Assembly (NCBI GenBank): GCA_030622545.1
Contig: JAUXGA010000003.1
Location: forward strand, 86,748-150,747
Source of the DNA: a bacterium
GTDB taxonomy: Bacteria > Electryoneota > RPQS01 > DYHQ01
DNA length: 64,000 nucleotides
Reading direction: 5' to 3'
Below the pieces are notes generated by a model that was given only the letters and a program-made list of their open reading frames with translations, ran no database searches and was not told the origin of the DNA. Below are positions 37,765 through 46,386 of this stretch, in pieces (position 1 is the stretch's first letter; every line of letters starts with the position of its first letter). The position numbers were made by a program, and so were the translations under genes.

Positions 37765-38359
37765 ACTCTATCCGCATTCGACAGCGCTGAATCATCGCAC
37801 TCCGCTTCAGCTTTTAATCGCGGCGATTCTTTCGGCGCAGTGTACCGATGTACGCGTGAACGAGGTCACGAAATCTCTCTTCAAGAAATATCGCAAACCC
37901 GAAGATTATTTAGCGGTGCCTGCGGAAGAATTGGAAGAGGATATCCGTTCGACCGGTTTCTTTCGCGCCAAAACCAAATCCATTCGCGGGATTTGTGAAG
38001 CACTTTCTCGGGATTACAGTGGAAGAATTCCCGAAACTATGGAAGAGATGCTCAAACTTCCGGGTGTGGGGCGAAAGACGGCGAATGTTGTTTTAGGCAC
38101 AGCGTTTGGTTTGGTTACCGGCGTGGTTGTCGATACGCATGTGAAGCGTCTGGCGTTTCGCATGGGACTTACTAAAGAGACTGACCCGGAAAAAGTCGAA
38201 CGCGCTCTAATGGAGCTGTTGCCTCAAGACATCTGGATCGATTACAGCCACGTGATTATCTGGCACGGTCGCCGCATTTGCAACGCCCGCAAGCCGAAAT
38301 GCTTGGAGTGTCCAGTCGAAGATATTTGTCCACGTGAAGGAGTAACGACAAGCGCTTAA
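37682..38359 (+). CDS. nth: Endonuclease III (Nth), HhH-GPD with a 4Fe-4S cluster
   Basis: LLIAAILSAQCTD, LPGVGRKTANVVL and the C-terminal C-x6-C-x2-C-x5-C cluster (CNARKPKCLECPVEDIC). The start is uncertain because it overlaps the cdaA 3' end in another frame. Confidence 0.8.
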   Translation: MAARKKKKRETQKDKTTRAQKIWQRLVELYPHSTALNHRTPLQLLIAAILSAQCTDVRVNEVTKSLFKKYRKPEDYLAVPAEELEEDIRSTGFFRAKTKSIRGICEALSRDYSGRIPETMEEMLKLPGVGRKTANVVLGTAFGLVTGVVVDTHVKRLAFRMGLTKETDPEKVERALMELLPQDIWIDYSHVIIWHGRRICNARKPKCLECPVEDICPREGVTTSA

Positions 38360-38383
38360 TACTTTCTGACAAAAAAAGAAAAA

Positions 38384-38412
38384 GGCCGAGCTGACATGCC
38401 CGGCCTTTTTTA
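38384..38412. terminator. Bidirectional hairpin terminator between nth and the convergent YHS gene
   Basis: GGCCG…CGGCC stem flanked by an A-run and a T-run. Confidence 0.55.
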
Positions 38413-38433
38413 TTTTCGTTGAACGCTGAAGCA

Positions 38434-38928
38434 CTACTTGCAGATTTTTCTGCAGGATGGGGAGCAGGTTTTCGCACAGGATTTTGCAGAGGAGCTGGAT
38501 GTCTTGCAGAATTTCTTCATACTCCTCTTCGACGCGAAGTAATAGCGCTTGCCGTCTTGGTCGTGATAATTGGTTTTAGCGGTGACAACCCTTTTCTTGC
38601 CGCTGACAGGATCCGAAAAATGCTTCCCGGATTCATCCACACTTAGAATGTTTGCAGGTACAGCGAAATTTGCAAGCCATTTAGATGGATTCGCTTGAAA
38701 CTTGGTTTCGCAGCCCGCGCAGCAGTGATAGTAGCGAACGCCATTAATATCAGAATAAGAAGGCGCAGTACTGACGAGGCCTTCACCGCCCATGACAGGG
38801 CAGGTATAATGCTTCTGTCCATTCGCGGTTGTCCATACATTTCCTTCGGTCATGCTGACTTCAGCATACGAAACTTGCAGCGTGATTGCCATCAAGCAAA
38901 CTGCAAATATTACAGACATTTTTCTCAT
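38434..38928 (-). CDS. Secreted YHS/TRASH-type metal-binding domain protein with a Cys/Lys/Ser-rich tail
   Basis: Signal peptide. HYTCPVMG…YYHCCAGCETKF and DPVSG…RYYFASKRSMKKFC resemble two YHS-like modules. The tail is KTSSSSAKSCAKTCSPSCRKICK. Confidence 0.5.
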   Translation of the reverse strand: MRKMSVIFAVCLMAITLQVSYAEVSMTEGNVWTTANGQKHYTCPVMGGEGLVSTAPSYSDINGVRYYHCCAGCETKFQANPSKWLANFAVPANILSVDESGKHFSDPVSGKKRVVTAKTNYHDQDGKRYYFASKRSMKKFCKTSSSSAKSCAKTCSPSCRKICK

Positions 38929-39164
38929 CGTTTTTCTCCTTTTACAGACGATTGAATGAATAGGTTATACCCAAATGAAAAATTCTTCCAAGATGGCGTC
39001 CATTTCCGTCGTGGTTTCAAGGGAATCCAGAGGCTAACTACATGTAAATTAAATTTTACGACTATACGAATCTTTTAACTCCGAAAAGCAATTCTAAGTT
39101 CCAAAAAAAACGCGGGCAGGAAAAATCCATGCCCGCGCTTTGACATTAAGTGTCGAGTTGTTTC

Positions 39165-41045
39165 CTATTCCATCGCACTTAGAAGTTCCATCGATTTCTT
39201 GGGATTCATCAGCCGGATTTCCCGGTCACCTGCGGAAGTGACATCAGAGCCGCGGATGATTAAATCGCGAATTTGCGCCGGAGTTAAATCGGGCTTCACC
39301 GCGAACAGTTTACCGGCGAGGTTTGTGGTATTTGGGGAGGACATCGAGGTGCCGGACAGTTTCATTTCATCGCCGCCGGGAACATAGCTGAGCACTTCAA
39401 AGCCGTTTGAATACACATCCACTTTACCGAAGCTCGTAAAGTTAGTCTCGTCACCGGCCTGATCCACCGCTCCGACAGACATGATGTTCGGCAAATCGTA
39501 GGCACTGGGATAAAACTCCTCAAAGACCACATCATTGTTCGCGTTACCTGCCGATGTGATAAAGAGAATGTCCGGCGCGTTTTTGATCGCCGCATAGAGA
39601 GCCTTATTGACGATTTCAAAAATCTGACGCGCCAGAACCTTGCGTTCTTCCGGAGTACCACCGGCGTTGTTGGCTTCCAGAGCCGACTCCACGTCAGCGA
39701 GAGAACCGCCCCAGCTCATATTTACAGCGCGGACTCCCTGTGTTTTGAAATACTCGATGGCTTCTTCAATGGCTTTCGCATCTTTTTTGGCTTGCGCAAT
39801 CGTTGGTTCCTCAGGAATCAGGTGATGATCGTACGTGAGGCGAGCTGCTAAAATCCGCGCAAACGGATTTCCTTTCGTGGTAATACCGGCGACGTGAGTG
39901 CCGTGGCAATAGTTGCCGTATTTCGAGATGCCTTCAATAAACGGTTTCACCGAATCCTGCGCCAGAGTGCTGAGGAGCTTTTTCAAGTCTTGTGCTTCCG
40001 GGCTGTCGATGCCGGATGTGATGTCCGTCAGCCCTTTCATCTGCTTTTGCAAACGCGGGCGTTCTTTGGCAACATCTCCGATAGGATAAAGCAAATCGGG
40101 TGTTTTATCCGCATGCAAGGTGTACGCGATACCGAATACATCATCGACGTAGCCGTTATTATCATCGTCTTTTTTATTGTTCGGTATTTCCTTAGTATTG
40201 AGCCACATTTGATTTGTGAAAATATCTGTATCCACACCCGAATCCCAGACAGCCAAAACAACGGGGGCTTTACCGTCTTTTGGTGTCAAAGCGATGTCGC
40301 GCTCCGCCCAGATGTCTGGTTTTTCGACTTTGTGCGCGTCGATGGTTTCTGCATATATGGCTGCCATTTCATCTTTAAGCGGCAGGTAAGTGCGAACCAT
40401 AAAGGCGTTGTTTAAAAGACCGGTCGCGATATCCTTACTCATCTCGCCGCCGCTTTGGTCCAGCATCGGCTGGATTCTGGATTCAATCAATCCCGCGATA
40501 AGATTCCGGGAGAGGATTTCTGAGCTGCCTTTCCTCTGCTTGATGTCGGCTTCGCAATCTGCATAGGGTAGCGCATCGACCATTTTTTTCATTTCCGCGC
40601 GGAAATTCGCTGTGAAATCGCCGCTGCCTGAACGCTTGGCTTTGATAAAGGCTTGTGTGAACAGTCCGGTCATGAGCCGTGTGGCCAGCTTATCTTCAAG
40701 CTTTTTCCGCTTCTCAAGAAGTTCGAGGTACGTGTCGTAATCGCCTTCCAGCATAGCGATGATGCCGAGGTCGCCATAGTATCCCTGCAGCGTGGTTCTA
40801 TCGTCGATCTCATACGTGTCCAGATCTTTTTCCAGATCCTTTCTAATTTCGGCGGCGAGTTTCATCACCGCGGCGTCATCGTCGAGCCAATCAACAGCGT
40901 TTCCGTCAATCTTGTACGTGTACCGGGGTAAATCGTCCAGCTTCTCGATTTTGATTTTTTCCGCAGAAAGGGACGTCAGGCTTGTCCCGAAAAGCAGAGC
41001 AAAACAGCCAAACCAGATTGCCGCTGTGCGTGCTGCGCGTTTCAT
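39165..41045 (-). CDS. S8 family subtilisin-like serine peptidase (complete) with a long N-terminal domain
   Basis: Signal peptide starts at MKRAARTAAIW. Catalytic triad regions VLAVWDSGVD, HGTHVAGI and GTSMSSP. The ORF track extends to 41093. Confidence 0.85.
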   Translation of the reverse strand: MKRAARTAAIWFGCFALLFGTSLTSLSAEKIKIEKLDDLPRYTYKIDGNAVDWLDDDAAVMKLAAEIRKDLEKDLDTYEIDDRTTLQGYYGDLGIIAMLEGDYDTYLELLEKRKKLEDKLATRLMTGLFTQAFIKAKRSGSGDFTANFRAEMKKMVDALPYADCEADIKQRKGSSEILSRNLIAGLIESRIQPMLDQSGGEMSKDIATGLLNNAFMVRTYLPLKDEMAAIYAETIDAHKVEKPDIWAERDIALTPKDGKAPVVLAVWDSGVDTDIFTNQMWLNTKEIPNNKKDDDNNGYVDDVFGIAYTLHADKTPDLLYPIGDVAKERPRLQKQMKGLTDITSGIDSPEAQDLKKLLSTLAQDSVKPFIEGISKYGNYCHGTHVAGITTKGNPFARILAARLTYDHHLIPEEPTIAQAKKDAKAIEEAIEYFKTQGVRAVNMSWGGSLADVESALEANNAGGTPEERKVLARQIFEIVNKALYAAIKNAPDILFITSAGNANNDVVFEEFYPSAYDLPNIMSVGAVDQAGDETNFTSFGKVDVYSNGFEVLSYVPGGDEMKLSGTSMSSPNTTNLAGKLFAVKPDLTPAQIRDLIIRGSDVTSAGDREIRLMNPKKSMELLSAME

Positions 41046-41593
41046 AGCATTCTCCATAGAAAAATTATGAGTCTTAAAGAATTTACCATACACTCTATAA
41101 GATACGCAAAATCGTGAAAAGTTTCAAGGTTCCGAATGGGTGTCGCATTTACCACGGCGTAAATTCCCCCTATCGGCGGGCTCCCGCCCGTCGCTGCAAT
41201 GGACAGGCAGGAGCCTGCCCGTAATGAGATGTTTTTACGGAACAGAAAACAAGGCGCGGAGCAGACCTAATTCACTCCGCGCCAAAAACGAAACCATGTG
41301 CGGCTCAAGACCTAAACAACGCCTTGATCCATCATGGCATCGGCAACTTTGATGAATCCGGCGATGTTGGAGCCGTTGGCAGCTTTGCCGGTTGCCACAA
41401 GATAAGAGGATGAGGCAATAAGTGAAAAAGTACATTTGATTGAATCTTAAAGGGTTACAGAAAGGCGTTATCTGGAGAGAGGTGATGACACGTCGCAGAA
41501 ATGCCCAAATTTTAAATATGCAAAATTTGAGCTAACTTGTCAAGAGAAAAATTCCGCTCAGTTGCCTGTGGTGTTAGTTGCTGGCGGTTGATC

Positions 41594-41674
41594 TAAGCGC
41601 ACGCCGTGCGGCACTACCAGACTATGTTGGCCGCGGCGAGCTAATACCCCACCGAGGCAGGTTGCCTGACCTGC
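41594..41674 (+). repeat. Second intergenic repeat family (TAAGCGCAC-GCCGTGCGGCACTACC-GA-TATGT… / …CCGAGGCAG…CTGACC), copy 1
   Basis: It shares a roughly 40-nt core with 43949-43988 and the CCGAGGCAG sub-motif with the 35-bp palindromic repeat family. Confidence 0.6.
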
Positions 41675-41678
41675 TTGG

Positions 41679-41717
41679 AAAATAAAAAGCCCTTGTCATC
41701 AAATTTCGACAAGGGCT
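41679..41717 (-). terminator. Rho-independent terminator of the EamA gene
   Basis: AAGCCCUUGUC…GACAAGGGCUU hairpin followed by UUUUUAUUUU on the minus strand. Confidence 0.6.
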
Positions 41718-41743
41718 TTCGTGTTAGAGTTATGACCGAATGT

Positions 41744-42640
41744 TCACCCCACCGTTACTAAAATCGCTCCGGCGACGCCGACCAGAATCGCTATTGTCCG
41801 TTGCAGGTTGATGGGTTCTTTCAAGAAAAAAGCGGCAAAGACAAAGATAAAGATATTGCTCATTTGATTGAGTGCCGCAGCGATGGAAGCTTGAGCGTAT
41901 TTCATCCCGCCCAGCCAGATAATCATCGAAAGGTAAGCCCCCATAAAGGAACCCGAAAGCGTATATCCCCAGCCGCGCGACGATAACGCCGAAGCCATGA
42001 TGGCGCGCCGCGCAGGATGCAGCAACAGAATCAGCACCATCACCACGACAGATGCTAAAAGCCGAACCTCGGACACCCACAACAGCGGGGAGCGTTCGAG
42101 CAGCGGCTTAATCATGACGATTCCCACCGCCATACCTGCCAAGCCTAAAACACCGAAGGTAATTCCCAAAATCAAATCACGGCGCGAAAGACCGGCTTGT
42201 GGTTTCTCCCGCGTGGCAACAAAAACGGCTGAGATAATCAGAAGCGTGCCGACAATCTGCAGCGGCGTCATCCGTTCCCCCAGCCAGAGAACCGAAAGCG
42301 ATATAATCGATGGGCTGTAAAGGCATTCCACGATAGCGGTCAGTCCTGCACCTAAGCGGTTCAGGCACATGAAAAAGAGCGTATCCGCGATGCCGATGCC
42401 GAGTGCGCCGCTGGCCATGAGCAATAGATATTCGCTGGCGGGAACATCACGAAACAACGTTCCGCCGAATAGCCAGATGGTCGGCAGCAGCAGCACAGAC
42501 GCCAACGTATTTTTATACAGATTCAGCCCAATCGGATGAACCGTTTCTCCGCTTTTCTTGAAAAGGATAACCGCAATCGCCCATGCAATTGCCGCTCCCA
42601 AAGCCAGCGTATGTCCGATATGAGATTGGATAAAATCCAA
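41744..42640 (-). CDS. DMT-superfamily transporter (EamA family)
   Basis: 10 predicted TM helices with two EamA-like halves. Confidence 0.7.
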   Translation of the reverse strand: MDFIQSHIGHTLALGAAIAWAIAVILFKKSGETVHPIGLNLYKNTLASVLLLPTIWLFGGTLFRDVPASEYLLLMASGALGIGIADTLFFMCLNRLGAGLTAIVECLYSPSIISLSVLWLGERMTPLQIVGTLLIISAVFVATREKPQAGLSRRDLILGITFGVLGLAGMAVGIVMIKPLLERSPLLWVSEVRLLASVVVMVLILLLHPARRAIMASALSSRGWGYTLSGSFMGAYLSMIIWLGGMKYAQASIAAALNQMSNIFIFVFAAFFLKEPINLQRTIAILVGVAGAILVTVG

Positions 42641-42785
42641 GAATCGCCTTTCGATTGAACTTCTCAGGTGGCCTACAATAAAGACAAATTACATCTGATT
42701 TGCAAGTCGCATAGGCACTTGCTCAAAACGCGCGGATTTTGTATATTTTTATAGACACAAACAATTTTTAGGCAGCTCTATTACC

Positions 42786-43874
42786 ATGACTCCAAAACAA
42801 ACAGCACTGACACCGATTCATCAAAGGCTCGGGGCGAAGATGGTGGACTTCGGCGGTTTCCTGATGCCCATCCAGTACACATCGATACGAGCCGAACATC
42901 GCCGCGTTCGGACAACCGTGGGCGTGTTCGATGTTTCGCACATGGGAGAATTTGTCGTTCGCGGGCCGGATGCGGAAGCGTTTTTGAATAGAACGACTGT
43001 GAACAATGTCCGAAAATTGCAGGTTCATCAGGTTCAGTACACTTGCGCTTGTTATCCTGACGGCGGCATTGTCGATGATTTGCTCGTGTACCGTTTGCTG
43101 GATCATTATATGGTCGTGGTGAACGCGGCGAACCTCGACAAGGACTGGGCGTGGCTGATGGAGAACAAGCGCGGCGACTGCGAACTGGAAAACATTTCCG
43201 ACGCTTATTCTCTCTTAGCGGTTCAGGGACGTGATGCCGAAGCGGTCATACGGAAACTAACCACAGAGGATTTGGCCGCGATTCAATTCTACTGGTGCGT
43301 TGATAATGAAGTCGCCGGTTTACGCACGTTGATTTCCCGCACGGGCTACACGGGGGAAGCAGGATTCGAGCTGATGGTCAAGAACGACGACGCACCCGCG
43401 CTTTGGGATGCGCTCTTCGATGCGGGCAAAGAATTCGATATCGAACCCATCGGTCTGGGCGCGCGCGACAGCCTGCGGTTGGAAATGAAATATTGTCTCT
43501 ACGGAAACGACATCGATAAAACAACAAATCCTCTTGAAGCCGGATTGGGCTGGATTACGAAACTCAAGAAAGGCGATTTTATCGGTCGTGACGCGCTGCT
43601 TCGAGCAAAAGAAGATGGCATCAAACGCAAGCTCATCGGTTTCGAAATCGAAGGCGCTGGTTTCCCGCGGCCGCACTATCCGATTCTTTCGGACGGCAAA
43701 CAAGTCGGTCAGGTAACCTCAGGAACCGTTTCGCCGATGCTAAATAAAGGCATCGGTTTAGGCTACGTTCCGATTGAACTCAGCGACATCGGCACCTCCC
43801 TCGAAATCGACGCCCGCGGTCGAACCCTCCCCGCCAAGATTGTCAAAACCCCCTTCTACAACCGCCCGTATTAA
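42786..43874 (+). CDS. gcvT: Glycine cleavage system T protein (aminomethyltransferase)
   Basis: The N-terminus LTPIHQRLGAKMVDFGGFLMPIQYTSIRAEHRRVRTTVGVFDVSHMGEF is highly characteristic of GcvT. 362 aa. Confidence 0.9.
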   Translation: MTPKQTALTPIHQRLGAKMVDFGGFLMPIQYTSIRAEHRRVRTTVGVFDVSHMGEFVVRGPDAEAFLNRTTVNNVRKLQVHQVQYTCACYPDGGIVDDLLVYRLLDHYMVVVNAANLDKDWAWLMENKRGDCELENISDAYSLLAVQGRDAEAVIRKLTTEDLAAIQFYWCVDNEVAGLRTLISRTGYTGEAGFELMVKNDDAPALWDALFDAGKEFDIEPIGLGARDSLRLEMKYCLYGNDIDKTTNPLEAGLGWITKLKKGDFIGRDALLRAKEDGIKRKLIGFEIEGAGFPRPHYPILSDGKQVGQVTSGTVSPMLNKGIGLGYVPIELSDIGTSLEIDARGRTLPAKIVKTPFYNRPY

Positions 43875-43948
43875 AGAGACTTCCCCCCGCCTGCTCACGT
43901 CATCCTACGGGCTGGCTCTGCCTGTCCGTAAATACATGATGTTCGGAT

Positions 43949-44022
43949 GTAAGCGCACTGCCGTGCGGCACTACCGGATATGTCCGCCCGTTGCTTTTCC
44001 TCGCCGAGCCCGGTTACGCAAC
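43949..44022 (+). repeat. Second intergenic repeat family, copy 2, plus a GCGTAACCCGGCTCGGCG-type unit
   Basis: GTAAGCGCACTGCCGTGCGGCACTACCGGATATGTCCGCC aligns to 41594-41627. CGCCGAGCCCGGTTACGCAAC is the reverse complement of 32924-32945. Confidence 0.6.
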
Positions 44023-44054
44023 GTTTCGCCGAGGCAGATACCCTGACCCCAAAT

Positions 44055-44089
44055 CTCGCCGAGGCAGATCCCCTGATCTGCCCGGAATG
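44055..44089 (-). repeat. 35-bp palindrome-containing intergenic repeat, copy 3 (reverse orientation), with a related partial unit at 44027-44048
   Basis: CTCGCCGAGGCAGATCCCCTGATCTGCCCGGAATG is the reverse complement of the 32889 copy. Confidence 0.8.
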
Positions 44090-44289
44090 CCTAAACAACA
44101 GAGGCATAAACGACTATTGACCCACACCAAACCCTCCGGCAATCTATAAGACCATATTCTTCAAAGAATTCACAACCTTAGAAAGATGAAATAAATCACC
44201 TATTCTCTTGCAATTCCGAGCAGGTTGATTTATATTTATCTACACAGATTCATCAAATCCATACCAGCTTTTTAATAAGAGGATGAACC

Positions 44290-46332
44290 ATGCGCAGTGC
44301 TTCGATTGTTTTATTCATTCTAATCCTGCCGGTTTTAGTATTCGCTCAAGCCCCGGACAGCTTGTGGAGTCGCAACTTCGGAGGAACTTTTACGGACGAG
44401 TGCAATTCAATCCAGCAAACATCAGATGGGGGGTATATCTTGGCAGGTTACACCTATTCTTTCGGACAAGGAGGACGTGATTTCTGGTGGGTGAAAACGG
44501 ATACTGATGGATTAGCACAGTCGACTCACACCTTTGGAGGAGACCATGATGACGAATGTCGCTGCATTGAACAAACCTCCGACGGCGGCTTCATCTTAAC
44601 AGGATACACATATCCTCGCGTACCCGGGTATAATGATTTGTGCGTCATAAAGACGGATACAAGTGGTTCGCTCATCTGGAGCCGAATACTTGGTGGCAAT
44701 TCTTATGATGAGGGCCAGTCTATTCAGCAAACCTTGGATGGTGGCTATATCGTAGCGGGGCAAACGGCCTCATTCGGTGCGGGTGATTGGGATTTCTGGC
44801 TAGTAAGAATGGACTCGAATGGTGATAGTGTTTGGAGCCACACCTTTGGGGGCGCCTATCCAGATATATGCTATTCCGTTCAGCAGACAACAGACAGCGG
44901 TTACATTCTCGCGGGGTACACTCAGTCGCACACAGGAGGTCAGGATTTTTACATGGTGAAAACAGACAGTCTTGGTGATACACAATGGGCGCGAACCTAT
45001 GGAGGGGCCGACTGGGATCGAGCGACCTCTGTTCAACAGACTAGCGATGGGGGCTACGTGTTAGGAGGATGGACCGATTCGTTCGGAGCTGGAAATAAGG
45101 ATTTCTGGCTTGTGAAGACTGACTCTGTTGGCGACACTCTCTGGACTCGAACTCTGGGAGGTAATAGCGATGATGTATGCTATTCCGTTCGACAAAGTAC
45201 AGACGGAGGTTATATCTTGGCAGGATATACTTTTTCTTTCGGTGTAGGAATATCTGACGCTTGGTTAGTCAAGGTTGATGCCAGCGGGGACAGTATATGG
45301 AGCCGTACCTTCGGAGGAAGTCATAGTGATATGTGCAATTCGGTTCGACAAACCTCGGATGAGGGTTATATACTGGGAGGTCTCACCAATTCTTATGGCA
45401 CAGCGAGCTCTGGCGATTTCTGGATGGTGAAGACGGGGCCGGAATATCCGAATGTTGGGTATGTGACTTTGATTCAGCCGGGGCCGCCGGATTGGGGCTA
45501 TCAGTTGAATTGGGTCAGCGGTTCCCTGTCGCGTTTTACATTCACAAATTTCTGCGATGGAACAGTGGGCTCTGTGGGAGGAGCCGCTACTGCCGCAGGG
45601 TGGATAGCAACAAACTACGCGGACTCGATTGTGTTCATGTCTTCAACACCACTCACCTCCGGCACGATTGACACATTTTGGCTTTCGCATCCATGGTGCA
45701 GCGATGTTGTTGACTGGACGGTTGGTGACAGTTCGGGAAGTGTGGATGGGCCGTTGCCTGTGGAAATGACAACGTTCCAAGCTATCGCAGGCGATGGGCA
45801 GGTGACTCTGCAATGGCGGACGGAAAGTGAACTCGACAACGATCATTTTATCTTATACAAACGCAAAGCCGGAGAAGAAGATTTTCATGCGTTTACCGAA
45901 ATTCCCGGTCATGGAACAACTTCCGAACCGCACGACTATCAATTTGTAGATTCGTGGGTGCAGAATGGTATAGCCTACGACTATCAAATTTCTGATGTAG
46001 ATATCGCCGGACGCGAAACATTCTATGAGCAAATCGTTTCCGCCACACCCGGCAGTGACATTGTACCCACTGAGTTCTCTCTTCATCAGAACTACCCGAA
46101 TCCGTTCAATCCGGTGACAACGATTCGTTATGATGTGAAGGAAGTCGGACTTGTTTCGCTAAAAGTTTTCGATTTATTAGGTCGTGAGGTGACGACACTT
46201 ACCCATGAAGAACATTCCGCCGGTTCTTATTCGGTTACATGGAATGCTGCCGGTATGCCATCCGGGATTTATCTTTGCCGGATGGAAACGGAAGGATTTG
46301 CGCAGGTGAGGAAGTTGTTGTTGGTTAAATAA
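44290..46332 (+). CDS. Secreted beta-propeller-repeat (SBBP-like) protein with Fn3-like domain and T9SS C-terminal sorting domain (cassette paralog B)
   Basis: Signal peptide. Seven repeats of about 50 aa, (F/W)GG…D.C.S(V/I)QQT.DGGYILAGYT.SFG.G..DFWLVKTDS.GD..WS.T. The C-terminal 190 aa are about 90% identical to gene 30826-32685. Confidence 0.8.
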   Translation: MRSASIVLFILILPVLVFAQAPDSLWSRNFGGTFTDECNSIQQTSDGGYILAGYTYSFGQGGRDFWWVKTDTDGLAQSTHTFGGDHDDECRCIEQTSDGGFILTGYTYPRVPGYNDLCVIKTDTSGSLIWSRILGGNSYDEGQSIQQTLDGGYIVAGQTASFGAGDWDFWLVRMDSNGDSVWSHTFGGAYPDICYSVQQTTDSGYILAGYTQSHTGGQDFYMVKTDSLGDTQWARTYGGADWDRATSVQQTSDGGYVLGGWTDSFGAGNKDFWLVKTDSVGDTLWTRTLGGNSDDVCYSVRQSTDGGYILAGYTFSFGVGISDAWLVKVDASGDSIWSRTFGGSHSDMCNSVRQTSDEGYILGGLTNSYGTASSGDFWMVKTGPEYPNVGYVTLIQPGPPDWGYQLNWVSGSLSRFTFTNFCDGTVGSVGGAATAAGWIATNYADSIVFMSSTPLTSGTIDTFWLSHPWCSDVVDWTVGDSSGSVDGPLPVEMTTFQAIAGDGQVTLQWRTESELDNDHFILYKRKAGEEDFHAFTEIPGHGTTSEPHDYQFVDSWVQNGIAYDYQISDVDIAGRETFYEQIVSATPGSDIVPTEFSLHQNYPNPFNPVTTIRYDVKEVGLVSLKVFDLLGREVTTLTHEEHSAGSYSVTWNAAGMPSGIYLCRMETEGFAQVRKLLLVK

Positions 46333-46333
46333 G

Positions 46334-46368
46334 CATTCCGGGCAGATCGGGGGATCTGCCTCGGCGAG
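46334..46368 (+). repeat. 35-bp palindrome-containing intergenic repeat, copy 4, immediately after the paralog B stop
   Basis: CATTCCGGGCAGATCGGGGGATCTGCCTCGGCGAG. It forms an inverted pair with 44055-44089 around a 2.3-kb segment. Confidence 0.8.
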
Positions 46369-46386
46369 GATCGCGTAGGGAGAGAT

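Noticed and set aside
42641-42785. Looked for a glycine riboswitch upstream of gcvT
   Set aside because: No tandem GGAGAG…CACCGAAGGGGCAA-type aptamer elements are present. The leader is short and AT-rich.
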